The notes under the pieces: generated by a model | What the model saw: only the letters and a program-made list of their open reading frames with translations | Told to the model about the DNA's origin: nothing | Database searches by the model: none | Shown here: piece after piece, positions 39,380 to 52,389 of the stretch | Layout: each line of letters opens with the position of its first letter | Position numbering within the stretch: the stretch's first letter is position 1 | Translations under genes and position numbers: made by a program | Assembly (NCBI RefSeq): GCF_006345805.1 | Contig: NC_043001.1 | Location: forward strand, 58,280,001 to 58,344,000 | Length of the DNA stretch: 64,000 bases | Direction of reading: 5' to 3' | Source of the DNA: Octopus sinensis | Lineage: Eukaryota

Positions 39380-40117
39380 TCTATATATATATAAAAGAGG
39401 CTTTGTGTCAAAATTGTGTGCACGTTTTGCTACGTCAGAGGTTGGCGGCCACACCAGTCGGCAGATTGAGCTGAAATTTGACACAGGTATAGAGGGCATG
39501 ATGAGGTAGAGGGTTGAGTAGGTTAAAACCCACCATCTGGAAAGATGCGATTGCTATGGGGAGATGATTCAAGGGGGCTCTAAGTCCCTCCAGATTGGCG
39601 CGATTGGCATCCAACCTTATCTATAAAATGAAAAGGCGAACGTAGACACAAATTGGATTTTTATGTAAAAAGGGGTCTAAATGGGGCTGGAAGGGGAGTC
39701 AAATTTACAGGAGGGGGTAACTTGAGGGGGGAAATTGAAAGGGAGACGTTTTGTGGCGCTACAGTGGTTGCTTTGGTGTGAAAACTGGGATTTTATTGAT
39801 TTTGGGGGACACTTGGTCGTCTAGACTGGACAACTTTTGCCCGATTTCAATCAAATTTTCAACGTGGTAAAGTGGAAGCGGATTTGTAATTTAAACACTG
39901 AAATCTAATTTTTTTATAAATGGCAGAGTAATAGATAAAGATAAAGAGTAAGAGAAAGCGAGGTAGAGTCCGAGAGAAAGGAAGAGTAAGAGAGTGGGGA
40001 AATGAGAAAGGATAGAAAAACAAACAGGGAGAATGTGGTGGTAAGAAGCAGAAAGGAAGCAACAAAAAGTAACAGCCACAACCCCACACGAGCGTAGAGC
40101 GGGTCACCTTAAGCTAG
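39380..40117 (+). mobile_element. Non-autonomous Helitron
   Basis: A|TCTATATATATATAAAAG start; CGAGCGTAGAGCGGG sub-terminal GC-rich motif; CTAG|T end at 40114-40117. Confidence 0.65.
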
Positions 40118-41377
40118 TATTTTTATATTTTCTTTTCTTGACGCTCTTGATAATGCAACATACATCTGACCATGTGCGAAGAATTGTGTTGGTAGATGAT
40201 ATTATTGACTAAATATTTTCAAGGTGGTAACCCAGCATTTCCGCAGTCAAACAATATTTGAAAACTTAATTCTATTAGACAGGAGTTATTGTTTTTGCAC
40301 TACGTAATACTTTTTAAAATAATTTGCTCGCTTGCTTTGTCGTTCTTTTTTCGCTTTATTACATTTTTTACGAATGCGAAGAAAACTATTTGCTTACATA
40401 TGGAATTCAAACGAAGTTGACATTTAAAACTGAAACGAATCTTGTGATATTATGCATCTGAATTATGTTTAATGTACAAATAAACTTTATAGTTTAAAAA
40501 TGTTTCAATATTCATTTATAATTTCTTCAAAGTAACATGACATTTTTTAGTAACGTGGGAAAAAATAACTGTACACAGTCCCGCACTACTTCAATCATTA
40601 TAATATAAATTGACCAAAAGAGATTGTAATGTGCTTACGCGTACCGAAACATACATATTCGTATGCATATGTATGTGTGCTTAAATAAGTAAAATAAAGT
40701 AAATTAAAGGGATTATATTTAAGAATAACTAGTAGTAACTATATCACACTAGATTACACGTTACTACTTCAATTATCGGTATAGATATAAGGAGGATCAA
40801 GTATCCATTGAAAATTAGCTGAAGATGTGAAGTTAGCTTTATTCCTATCAATAACGCTGCGAAAATGGTTTTAATACGTTTAAACTTATTCAACTTATCC
40901 GAAGCCATTATATAAACAGAGATATTTCCCAGTGAATGTATATAACTTTTATACAAAAACAACATTCATAAAACAGACACAAAGATATATTACTGAAATT
41001 ACAGACTTTATTTTCTTGAATGAGTGCTCGCATTTACTACCCAGCAAACATGCACATTATTATTCTGATGATAAAAATCTCGGTGGACGAATGCTATTAT
41101 TTAGATTATAAACCTGAGGGGTCATATGATTTGAGGATAGACTGTATATGTTTTCTGTTATTGAATCTAGCGATATGCTGGGCAATATCAAATTTTGAGG
41201 ATTTGGCTAGCTTTAACAAATCTGTTAAATACATTCCTGTACGGACTGCATACTGCAAAAGGATCATGTAATGTGTTAAAACATTTTGCGGCTGTATCGC
41301 TTGTAAGATTTAATCCGAATGAAGGATTAAACTAGTTCTTGATTCCCTTACGCAATCAAATATAGCTGTTCATATTA

Positions 41378-43290
41378 TCTTTTTCTCCCTATCACTGGTT
41401 TTGTTTGAGCTCCTGGACTCTTGCATGAGTAGCGGGCTTACTACCTGCAGCCTATGGTACCTTGCTACTCCTACTTTTCAGCAATTTAATACATTCCTGA
41501 TTATTCTGGCTATGTCAAGGAGGCAAAACTTTTGTAGCAGTTCTACTGGGCAATCTATTCCAATTTCCTTTATATTCCTTTCGATTACTTCAGATCATGT
41601 TCCCAAGGACCCAACATTCATTGGCACTATCTTCACCTTCATTTTCCATAGCCGGACTTTTCTGTAATAAGAGGGCTGTATGTATCTACATTTTCGCCTT
41701 CGTTCTTGACTATTCCTGGGTCAATGTAGCATGAAACATCAACTATATAGCATGTGTAGTGCACATGGAATTCATGGTGTAGTCCCCTCTTGTGTACCTC
41801 TTATTCATAGCCTTTTTGTACTTCTTCCTTTGCTTTCCCTTTATTCTCTGCTCTCAGTATTCCTTCGTTCCTAACTGTCACTAGCAAGGCTTCTTTACTT
41901 AGGGCTAAGTATCTCATTAACATATGTACCCTTCCTCCATTTGCTCTTTTCATGTATATGCGATCAATGTCTGCGCACTTCAATGAATGAGCTCCATGCA
42001 TCATTAGAAGCTTTCTTGACTTCCTGTCCTTCTCCTTTAGTTCATTTTCTGCCCACATTCCTGCGCGATACCGAACTACTGAGACTTGGCTCGAGTTTAT
42101 TGCCGCAATTATGTTTCTGTCTTTCTGCATTGGAGCCAATATACTTCTCACTTACCGGAAGTACTCTCTATATTGTTTTTTCCTTCATGTGGTATTTGAT
42201 TCCTTTTGCCTGAAATATTCCCAGGTATTTATAGCTGGATTGAGGTTGAATTGCCTTCATCATTTCACCATTTGGCAACTATATGCCTTCTGTCCAGGCA
42301 AGCTTTCCCTGTCTCATCACAATTGTGGCTCATTTTGATAGTCCAAACTCTATCTTAATGTCATTAGAGAAAATCCGCTGTCCAGTTCTGCCTCAGGCTT
42401 GTGAATAGCTTCAGGTCGTCCATGAATAGAATGTGTTTCGGTTTCTTCTATATGTTCTTTCCAGCATTATTCTTATGTTTCCGTTCTGCAATTGCTGTCT
42501 TCTCAATTATCTACTTGTCCTAAATGTCTTTTTAACTTTGTTTCTCACAAATTCGTCTACGCAAGTATGGTTCTTTACCTTCTCTTTGTTTTTTTGTTTT
42601 TTTTATCCAAGTCTATCAGCATCAACCATAGCTGCAGCTCAAATAATCTTGTTAATTTCAGTTATATTTCTTGTCTGAATTAGCCCAAGAACCGAATCTG
42701 TATTTTCGGATTCAGCTTTGAGCTTGCCTCGATCAATGTCCCTCAGGTTGGTGTGTGCTTGATCCTGGTATTCTCTAATATATCGGCACAGCGTCCTCAT
42801 TATGGCCATCATCACATTCTTTTGATATAACTCTTCCTATTACTCCTTCATTTGCTGAGAATGCATTTACATTTATACCTTACTCTACGCCTTCATTGCC
42901 GCCTTTCATTTCCTGTTCTTTCTGGGCACGTTATATGTTGGTGAAACCTTATTTCTATCTTCTACTTTCCTGTTTCCCTCTTCCATTTCTTTGTCTGTTA
43001 ACCACCATTTTTCTCTTATTGCTCATGCCTGATCGGCTAACCGTTTCTCGCTTGTTTCGAAAAATCCTATTTCATTCCATTTTGCTTTCATTTGTTGTCG
43101 GAATCCCCTGCCCTGGGTTCACTCCTGATCCAACATTCAGTTACCTTTCGGTTTGCCTCCTTATCTCACCTTCTTCTTTGCCTCTCGTTTTGTGTACAAG
43201 CAGTCTCTGGATGAAAACCGGGCTTGTACCACTCAACCATAGGGCACCTGCTGGATGAATGGCTTTCACCATTAGTTTCATCGTCATTAA
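41378..43290 (-). mobile_element. Old, internally deleted R4-clade element E
   Basis: ORF 41801-42151 DRKSRKLLMMHGAH..ADIDRIYMKRANGGRV; MDDLKL-like at about 42410-42425; C-terminal LQKFCLLDIARIIRNVL and 3'UTR. Confidence 0.75.
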
Positions 43291-43639
43291 CACCATTATT
43301 TGATACATTTGTATTAGACATTTTCACTCAACATTGAGTTATGTGTTTTGAGGTTAGCCACCGACCTGTATTTTTATCGAGACACCATCTCGAGTAAGAT
43401 TATCAACCATGACTGCAGAGCTCTTATTGCCCATAAGTTGAGCCTGTTCCCTTCACATTTCTGTGTGTTGGGGGACAATGATCGTGATTCTCACTGGGAG
43501 AGAGGAGAACGTCAGTCGGTTATCTATTTTACATCCAAATATTTCTCTGGAGTTAAATCCCGAATTGCGGTTCAATCCCCTTCATACCAAGCATGTAGTC
43601 GTTGGACCATGACAAGTTGTCACCACTGTGATTAAAGAG

Positions 43640-43845
43640 TCCTATCTACCCCAGGTTTAAATCAATGTATTCCTTCTCCTAGACAGACTGCCAACCAAGG
43701 CTCTCGAGTTCTGTCTACTCGTTTTCAGAATGGCCATTCTGAGTTCCTCCGCTCTTTTATGGGTTTTGTCGAAAACCCATTCTCCTCACCATAGCTTAGT
43801 GGTGTTGATGGTTTAGTCGCCACAGACTCGACGGTTTCACAACGC
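43640..43845 (-). mobile_element. Possible LINE (RTE-like) 5'UTR remnant
   Basis: Reverse complement GCCTTGGTTGGCAGTCTGTCTAGGAGAAGG...GATTTAAACC resembles recalled RTE-clade 5'UTR motifs. Confidence 0.3.
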
Positions 43846-44469
43846 CAATTGTTATTCATTCTGGGTAATTAACAATCTGGGTAATTATTTATTCGTTCAG
43901 TATTATAATTTTACTATTACTACTTATCTTATTATTTACTTGTTCACTACTATAGTTTCACAATTACTACTATAAGGTCTAGCGGTCCTAACATTGCCTC
44001 ACTTGATTTCTTTAGACAACAAATGATAGCAGATTTACGGTTGTTTGTTTAGCTACTGGTGATGCTTCCGCGTTAAGTAGAGTAGAGGGATTGTTGTGTC
44101 TAATAATACAGGCTGTTTCATTGGGTTGCTAGTTGACATGACTGGCAGTAGATTGGTTTATTTCTGAGAGGAGCGTCGACAAGAGGGATCTAGCATTGCT
44201 GATATATAGAAACTTATAAAGAATAACTCAAAGCTTTAAAAAAAGGATAGTATTGTATCTATAAAATACCACATCGTATTTACGGTAAAGGAACCTATTT
44301 ATCGTAGTTAAGATATAACAATTTATAAACATTTCAAAGTTTTAGTAAACATAGAAAGTAATAGAAAAAGGTTTACACATGTTCGTTCGATAGAGGATCT
44401 ATGTATGGAAAATCGCATCGTAGTTTTGGGATCCTTAGAAAGTAATAGAAACGCTTAAACATTTTAAAA

Positions 44470-44585
44470 ATTATTATTATCATTATTATTATTATTATTA
44501 TCATCATCATCGTTGTTGTTGTTGTTGTTGCTGTTGTTGTTGTTGTTGTTGCTGTTGTTTTTGTTGTTGGTTTTGTTGTTGCGGA
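44470..44585. repeat. (ATT)n/(CAT)n/(GTT)n microsatellite
   Basis: Direct reading. Confidence 0.9.
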
Positions 44586-44619
44586 TGTTGTTATCAGGCG
44601 GTGATCTGGCACAATTGTT

Positions 44620-44800
44620 CGCACAGAGAGCGAAATGTTTGTGATAATGCACCTGTCTTAACTTTCTGATTTCAAAGTCCACGCGGTCGAATTGGCTTTC
44701 ATCATTTCGATTCAATAAATTAAGTACCACTTAAGTACTGGAATCGAAGTGATAGACTACCCGTCCGCTTAACTTCCAGGCCTTATGACTGTAGTTCAAA
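44620..44800 (+). mobile_element. Degenerate SINE family 1
   Basis: TTCAAAGTCCACGCGGTCGAATTGGCTTTCATC...AATTAAGTACCA motifs. Confidence 0.55.
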
Positions 44801-44821
44801 GGATTATTATCATTTTTATTA

Positions 44822-45300
44822 TTGCTTGAGAGAGCAGCACATGTCATCAAAGTGACACTACGGCAAAATATACGACACCCAGTATATACATCATGACTGC
44901 ACATCTGACAAAGGTACACCAGGCACATGCATCACAAACATATGTGCCCAACATAATGATCTCATATCAAGATCAACAGTGCATGACTTTGTAGGTGGTG
45001 GCCTAGTTAGAATTTTATTCAGGTCGAGTAGCCCATCCCACTCAAAAGCTCCATGAAAAACGGATGTTTAAAGATATTGAACGAAACACCCATGTTTCCA
45101 GCGGTAAATTATCCAAACCCCAAAGAATTCCTCTCAACACATGGCTATGATGCTTCCCCACTACTTCTGCCCCTGATCAGAGATACACATATGTCCAGCA
45201 ACTAAGTGACATGCTCAACTGGTAAGGTTAAAAGAACTGACAAGCAAATCTGTGATATTGAGCAGAATATTTGCTGTAGCCCATCTTTTATACCAACAAA
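44822..45300 (-). mobile_element. 555 bp TAA-flanked element, copy 2 (5' shortened)
   Basis: Colinear with 2289-2765. Confidence 0.8.
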
Positions 45301-45313
45301 AACTTTATTATTA

Positions 45314-45622
45314 TTGAGCGAGAGAGCAGAGCATGCCATTAAAGTGACATAGATAAAATATGCGATGCGCAGTACACCCATCATGAATACCCGTCTGATA
45401 AGGGTATGCTAGGAACGTGCATCTAAATCATATGTGCGCGACATGGTGATAATTAGCAGGGCCCAGTTAGAATTTTTTTCCGGTCGAGTAGCTCATCCTA
45501 CCCAAAAGATCACTGAATAAGGGTTGTTCAAGAATGTTGAACGAAATATCGATTTTTACAAAGGTGAATTATCCAAACTCCCAAAGAATTCCTCTCAACA
45601 CAGGGCTATGATATTCCCCATC
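45314..45622 (-). mobile_element. 555 bp TAA-flanked element, copy 3 (partial, tandem to copy 2)
   Basis: TTATTATTATTGAGCGAGAGAGCAG end; colinear with deletions. Confidence 0.75.
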
Positions 45623-45639
45623 TATTTATTACAGTTTCT

Positions 45640-45797
45640 GTTGGAGCTCTTGGAGTCTTGCATTCGTAGTAGGCTTACTACTTGCAGGCTACGGCACCAT
45701 GCCGTTTGTTCTTTTAAGCTATCTAGTACACTCCTGATTACTCTGTTCGTGCCAAGGAGGCAAATCTTTTGCAACCGTCAAACTGGGTACTGCCCTA
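45640..45797 (-). mobile_element. R4 family E 3' terminal fragment
   Basis: LQKICLLGTNRVIRSVL plus 3'UTR homologous to 41400-41560. Confidence 0.7.
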
Positions 45798-45824
45798 TTA
45801 TTATTATTATAATAATTATTATTG

Positions 45825-47622
45825 ATACATCAATTAGAAAGCATTTTTTTTCTTCATGATCTCTGACAACTATATCTGGTATGTTGGTCTTAATTTCTCT
45901 ATCTGTGTGTATCGGCATATCCCAGAGTATGGTTGCTTTCTCGTTTTCTGTGACCTTTTCTGGTGTGTGCCTTTACCATCTTTTTTCTGTTGTTATTCCA
46001 TAATGTTGGCATAGGTTCCAGTGTATGTAGGTTCCAACTCTGTCATGTCTGTGAATATATTCCTTCTTAGCCAGGACTGGGCAGCCAGAGATAATATGAT
46101 TTATTGTTTCTTGTCCATCTCCACATATTCTGCAGTTACTTGTTATATTTCTTTTCATTACATGTTTTTGGTAATTTCTGGTGGGGAGGCTTTGGTCTTG
46201 TGCTGCAATTAAAAATCCCTCTGTTTCTGCTTTGAGTCCTGAGCTTCTCAACCATTGCTGGGATTTTTCTTTGTCTATTTCTTTTGCATTTAGTTTAGTC
46301 CAGTATTTACCATGAAGGGGTTTTTCTTGCCATCGTTTTAACATGGTTCTTTGCTGTTCTAGTTTTAGTTTGGATTTCATTTGTTTTATAGCTTTTGTTG
46401 TTTCTTCTTCTTCTTCTTCTTCTTCTTCTTCTTCTTCTTCTTTTCTTCTTCTTCTTCTTCTTCTTCTTCTTCTTCTTCTTCTTCTTCTTCTTCTTTATGT
46501 TTGTTAGGTGGTATGATTTCTTGTTTGTATTTGGCAGCTTCCTTAAATACTGAGAACAGTATTTTGTTTTGCTCGTGTTTTGCCGCTATTTGTATCAGTT
46601 TTCCTTCCTTCTGAAGTAGATATTTTTGCAATCCTATGGTGGTTATTTTATAGTAGTTTTCCAGCTGTATAAGGCCTCTACCACCTTCTATACGTTGCAT
46701 ACGTAGTCTTTCTATGTCAGATTTTGGGTGATGCATCCTAGATCCTGTCATTATTTTTCATGTTTTCCTATCTATTTTGGTCAGTTCATTTAGTGTCCAG
46801 TTAAGGATATTGTAGCTGTAACTCATAACTGGGACAGCTAAAGTGTTAATACCTATTATCTTGTTGTTAGCATTGAGCTCTGTTTTTAATATTGATCTAA
46901 CTCGTCTATAATATTCTTTTTTTTATTTTATCTTTCATTTGTGTGTGTTGTGTCTTATCTAATTCATGGATTCCTAAGTATTTGTAAGTTTGGCTTTGGT
47001 CTAATTCTTTTATTTCATTGGTTTTATCTAGTGTGATGTTGCTACTCTTAACTAGTTTTCCTCTTTTCTGGGTTACTTTGGCGCATTTTTCTAATCCAAA
47101 TTTCATATCTATTTCTTTGGTAAATCCATGAATTGTCTTTAATAGTGTTTCCAGCTGTTTGTCATTTGCAGCGTATAGTTTTAGGTCATCCATATATAAA
47201 AGGTGGCTGATCGTTTTGCCGTAACATTTATATCCGCATCCAGTTCTATTTAGCATATCAGATATAGGTGACAGTGCCAAGCAGAAAAGGAGTGGAGAGA
47301 GCGTGTCTCCCTGGAATATTCCTCTTCTAATGGGGATGGCTTTGGTTTTCATGAGTCCCTTTTTTGTTTGGAGCTGTAGCACTGTTTGCCATTTATTCAT
47401 AAAGTGCCCAATGAATTTTATAATTGTTGGTGCTACTTTGTTAATGGCTAGTGTTTGGAGGATCCATGGGTGGGGGATGCTATCAAACGCCTTTTTGTAA
47501 TCAATCCAGGCAATACTGAGGCCTTTCTTCTTTCTGTGATCATTAGTTGATCTTTACAGCCGTATGAGCCTTTGCGGCATCCTTTCTGCTCTTCTGGAAA
47601 CAGGCTGTTTTCGTCCAGGTGC
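45825..47622 (-). mobile_element. R4/Dong-clade element C (RT to start of endonuclease), truncated on both sides
   Basis: EEQKGCRKGSYGCKDQL, GIFQGDTLSPLLF, YMDDLKLY, ETEGFLIAAQDQSL, CRICG..ETINHIISGC, NIPDIVV..LIDVS. Confidence 0.92.
46404..46495. repeat. (CTT)n expansion inside element C coding region
   Basis: Read as a poly-E/poly-K run in ORF 46386-46751. Confidence 0.9.
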
Positions 47623-47631
47623 TTGTTCAAC

Positions 47632-47648
47632 CTTTATTATTATTATTA

Positions 47649-47702
<54 letters not shown>

Positions 47703-47705
47703 GTA
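47632..47705. repeat. (TTA)n tail of element A'
   Basis: Direct reading. Confidence 0.95.
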
Positions 47706-47709
47706 TTAC

Positions 47710-49546
47710 TTTTTTTCTTCTTCTTTCAAATTTGCTATGATTTCTTGCCGAGTGTCTTCCCGACTCCTAGGGCAAAGAAACTCATAGTATGCATTGGTAG
47801 GCCATTAAACCAAACTCAGTAGTTCGTTCATTTTTGTTTTGTTTTGTTTTTTTTGTTTTTTAAAGTTAAATTAAAATACATGAGCAGCAACAGTTCTCAC
47901 ATCGACAATGCTCTTCTCAATACGTGTGATGTACCAGTTAAGACAATCTTTTGCACTTCTTGCAAGGATGGTAAGCCAGGAATCATTCTCATATAATTTT
48001 CGGTTCCCTTCTTGATCATTCCTAGTGCTCCTACGATCACTGGTATTGTAACCGCCTTGAGATGCCACATTTTCTCAATTTCAATGAGTAGGTCTTTATA
48101 TTTTGTGAGCTTGTCAAACTCTTTCGCTGAGATATTATGATCACAGGGGATGCTCATGTCGATCAATAAGCAAACTTTATTGTTTTGGTCTTTCACAACA
48201 ATATCTGGTTTATTGGCCTTGATGGTTCGGTCTGTATGTACTGGAAAGTCCCACAGAATGGTTACATTTTCTCCTTCAGTTACAGCCTCAGGGTGGTGAT
48301 TATACCACTTGTCGGCACTTTTGATATTGTAATGCCGACTTATTAGCCAGTGGAGATATTGGCCAACTCTGTCATGTCTTAATTTATACTCCACTGGGGC
48401 TAAGACTTTACATCCAGAGATTAGGTGGTGCACTGTTTCAATCATGTCGTTGCAGAATCGGCATTTTGGGTCTGCTCCATTTTTCATCACATTCGCCTGG
48501 TAGTTCCGAGGTAATAGGCTTTGATCTTGAGCAGCCATGATGAAACCTTCGCTCTCTGCTTTTAGCCCTGAGCTCCGTAGCCACTGATGGGTTTGCTTCT
48601 GGCCAACATCAGCTTATTTGCTGCGGGTCACATATTTGCCGTGCAGAGGTTTCTCCTCCCACCTATCAGCCAATTGCTCGTGCGCTTTTTTCATTGCCAT
48701 CATTTTCACCTTCTTTGCAACAATAGTTGCCGTACCTCCCTCGGGTTATTCATTTTGGGTATCCTGCACGAGATCAATAGCAAATTTTTTGCTTTCCTTT
48801 ATGAAGCTTCTTTCGTCTCTCGTGATTTTCCACGAGCTTTAGCATCCAGTCATTCGATATTTCGAGATATTTGGCCAGTCCAATTGTGGTTGTTTTGTAA
48901 GCTAGTTCAAATTGGATCAGGCCTCGACCTCCTTGAGCTCTGGGAAGGTAAAGGCGACCTACGTCTGCCTTTGGGTGGTGCATCCTATTACAACTCAGCA
49001 GCTTGCGTATTTTTCTATCTCTTTTCTTTACTTCACTCATATTCCAGTTCAACACATTGTAGCTATAAGTAACAACTGGAACTGCTAAGGAATTTATAGC
49101 TAACACCTTGTTACGTGCATTTAGTTCAGATTTCAGGACTGCACGAACTCTCCTATAACATTCCTTCCTGATTTTCTCTTTCATGCTTGCATGCTGAATA
49201 CCAGAGCCTTCATTTATCCCTAAATATTTGTATGTTTGTTCTTGCTCAAGCTCTCTTATGACTGTGTCAACATCTAACACGACTGAATTTGTGGTCTTCA
49301 CTTTCCCTTTCTGGAAAGTGGCCTTGGCACATTTCTCAAGTCCAAACTCCATCCCGATGTCATCGCTGAATGCTTTCACGGTGCGCAATAGGCCTTCAAG
49401 TTCATTATTGTCTTTACCATAAAGTTTTAAGTCATCCATATAAAATAGATGGCTTATTTTTTTATTGGCAATTTTATACCCATACCCTGTTCTGTTTAAT
49501 TCACTTGTAAGGGGTATTAGGGCTATGCAGAATATTAAAGGTGAAA
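47710..49546 (-). mobile_element. 5'-truncated second copy (A') of element A
   Basis: Near-identical to 16036-17840; ORF 47897-48538 has an uninterrupted knuckle plus endonuclease; ORF 48774-49439 begins MDDLKLY. Confidence 0.95.
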
Positions 49547-49549
49547 GGA

Positions 49550-50715
49550 GTCTTCTACTAATATAAACCCTCTTCCTTCTTCCTTTCTAGGTAGGCATAA
49601 TTTAGCTCCTCCTGCCTTTGATTGAGTTATCCATTCATATTGAATTCCTTCCTAGATCTTGCCTAGCTTTCCTAATTCAGTTTTTATCCATTCTACAAAA
49701 ACTCCTTAGTATCTAACTAATGACACTGCCCAAGTATTTGCAGCCTTTGCTAGAGTTGGATCATTTAGCTTTGACGGATTTAGTTTCCTCACGCTTACGG
49801 TGTACTGTTCAATATTCGCTTTCATTTCTGTAGCTAGTACACAGTCACATTCTAATACTCCTAGATACTGTATCTTCATTTCAATGATTTTAATGTCTGG
49901 CCATCTCGTAGTTGGATACCTTCGATGTTAATTACTTCTTCCCTTCTCATGACTAATATTGCACACTTATCTATGCCAAATTCCATGCCTATATATTTGC
50001 CTAAGTGCATTACAGTCTGTATTAAGGAATCTTTCTCTTTTTCAATCTTACTAAAAATCTTCAGATCATACACGTACATCAAATGGTTAAGTTTCCCATT
50101 ACTATTTCTGAACCGATACCCTGACTTTGCCTTCCTCAGTACTAAACTGAGTTGGATCAAACATGAGACAAATATTACGAGTGTATCACCTGAGTAGAGA
50201 TCTACTTTCCATTTCTTCATGCTAATTAATCGTTTTATGTTGCCTGCTATAGAAAATATACCAAAACATTGACTGATCCATGAGTGTGGGAACAATTCGT
50301 AGGCTTCCCTATAACCTATCCTTGCTATTGTTAGATTTTTCTTTCTAGCTTTTACTTGATTTAGAACTGCTTTCTCTATATATAATAGATCGTACTTTCT
50401 CCCTGAAGCCTTTCCGTGTTTCAGGTAATAAATTCTGGTTGTCAAGATGCACTTAAATGCTTTTTGAAAGCATTCCTGTTAACAGTTTCCACAATAATGG
50501 TAAAGAAGTGTTTGGTCTATAGATGCTAGCTGTATTACCCTTAATGGGTATTGTCATCCCACTAGTCATCCAATATGGTGTTACTCCTCTATTAAACAAT
50601 CCTGAAATTATTTCCTCAGCCTCCCATGTAAACTACTGAATTTCTTTAGTCAGTACCCTTGAACTAAACCTATTCATGAGCCCCTCCGATTCAGCATATT
50701 TCCTAACATATTTTA
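49550..50715 (-). mobile_element. Old R4-clade RT fragment F (family E-like)
   Basis: ORF 49876-50445 KARKKNLTIARIGYREAYELFPHSWI...LNHLMYVYDLKIF...EFGIDKCA. Confidence 0.75.
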
Positions 50716-50717
50716 TA

Positions 50718-50918
50718 GGCGCAGGAGTGGCTGTGTGGTAAGTAGCTTGCTTACCAACCACATGGTTCCGGGTTCAGTCCCACTGGGTGACATCTTGGGC
50801 AAATGCCTTCTACTATAGGCTCGGGCCGACGAAAGCCTTGTGAGTGGATTCGGTAGACGGAAACGCAAAGAAGCCCGTCGTATATATGTATATATATATA
50901 TGTGTGTGTGTGTGAGTG

Positions 50919-50950
<32 letters not shown>

Positions 50951-51188
50951 CGCACGTGTGTGTGTGCGTGTGTGTGTGTGTGCATGTTTGTGGGTCTGTG
51001 TTTGTCCCCCTAGCATTGCTTGACAACTGATGCTGGTGTGTTTATGTTCTCGTCACTTAGCGTTTCGGTAAAAGAGACCGATAGAATAAGTACTGAGCTT
51101 ACAAAGAATAAGTCCTAGGGTCGATTCCCTCGAATAAAGGCGGTGCTTCAAAATGGCCGCAGTCAAATGACTACAACATGTAAAAGAG
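50718..51188 (+). mobile_element. tRNA-derived SINE family 2
   Basis: GGCGCAGGAGTGGCTGTGTGGTAAG head, GGGTTCAGTCCC B-box-like, internal (TG)n; homologous to 8208-8607. Confidence 0.88.
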
Positions 51189-51314
51189 TAACACTTTACT
51201 CATTAATGCACTAGTTAATCAGCTACTTCTGATATGTCTTCCCACACTTTCTTAAACCATACTGCATGTCTATTATGATTGACTGGTTTGTCCCAAATAT
51301 TCTTTTATATTCTA

Positions 51315-51510
51315 GGCATAAGACCCGAAATTTTGGGGAAGGCAGCAATCGGCTAGATCGATCCCAGTACGCAATTGGTACTTAATTTATAAAATCTCAA
51401 AGGATGAAAGGCAAAGTCGACCGCGTGGAATTTGAACTCAGAACATAAAGACGGTCAAAATAACGCTAGGCATTTCGGCCGGCATGCTAACGTATCTGCC
51501 AGCTCACCGC
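51315..51510 (-). mobile_element. SINE family 1
   Basis: Reverse complement GGTGAGCTGGCAGATACGTTAGCATGCCGG...TTCTGAGTTCAAATTCC. Confidence 0.75.
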
Positions 51511-51974
51511 CTATTGTCCCAAATATTACTCCAGAACTTTCTGGTTCCATCTGCATTAAGTTTCTCTTCTTCAGAACTTCGTTCTCCACTATATATTTGG
51601 TTACAGAATCTGCTCTGGTCTGTCTAATATAATCTAATTTGTTGATACTAAGCTTGCGTTCTACCGCTATTATACGTTGTTTCAACACTTCTATTATTGT
51701 TCGAAATCGTTTCTCTTAGACTATGTATCGGGGCAAGATTTTCACTTTGTGTCTCCTAATTTGTTTCCTCTTCAGGCTTCTCTTCTACTCAGATCTTGTC
51801 TTCGAGTCTTCACTTTATTTTGGAATTTCCTTTTTGAGATTTGCTCTTTTATAATTTGTCCCTGTGAGATATCTAACTTTCTGGTGCTTACTATCCCTCC
51901 TGCATAGAGCAACATGCAAGCATCTTCGATCTTTTTATTATCTCTCCTACTAATAATAAAATGTACTTTCTAGT

Positions 51975-52372
<398 letters not shown>

Positions 52373-52389
52373 ATTATTATTGAGTGATA

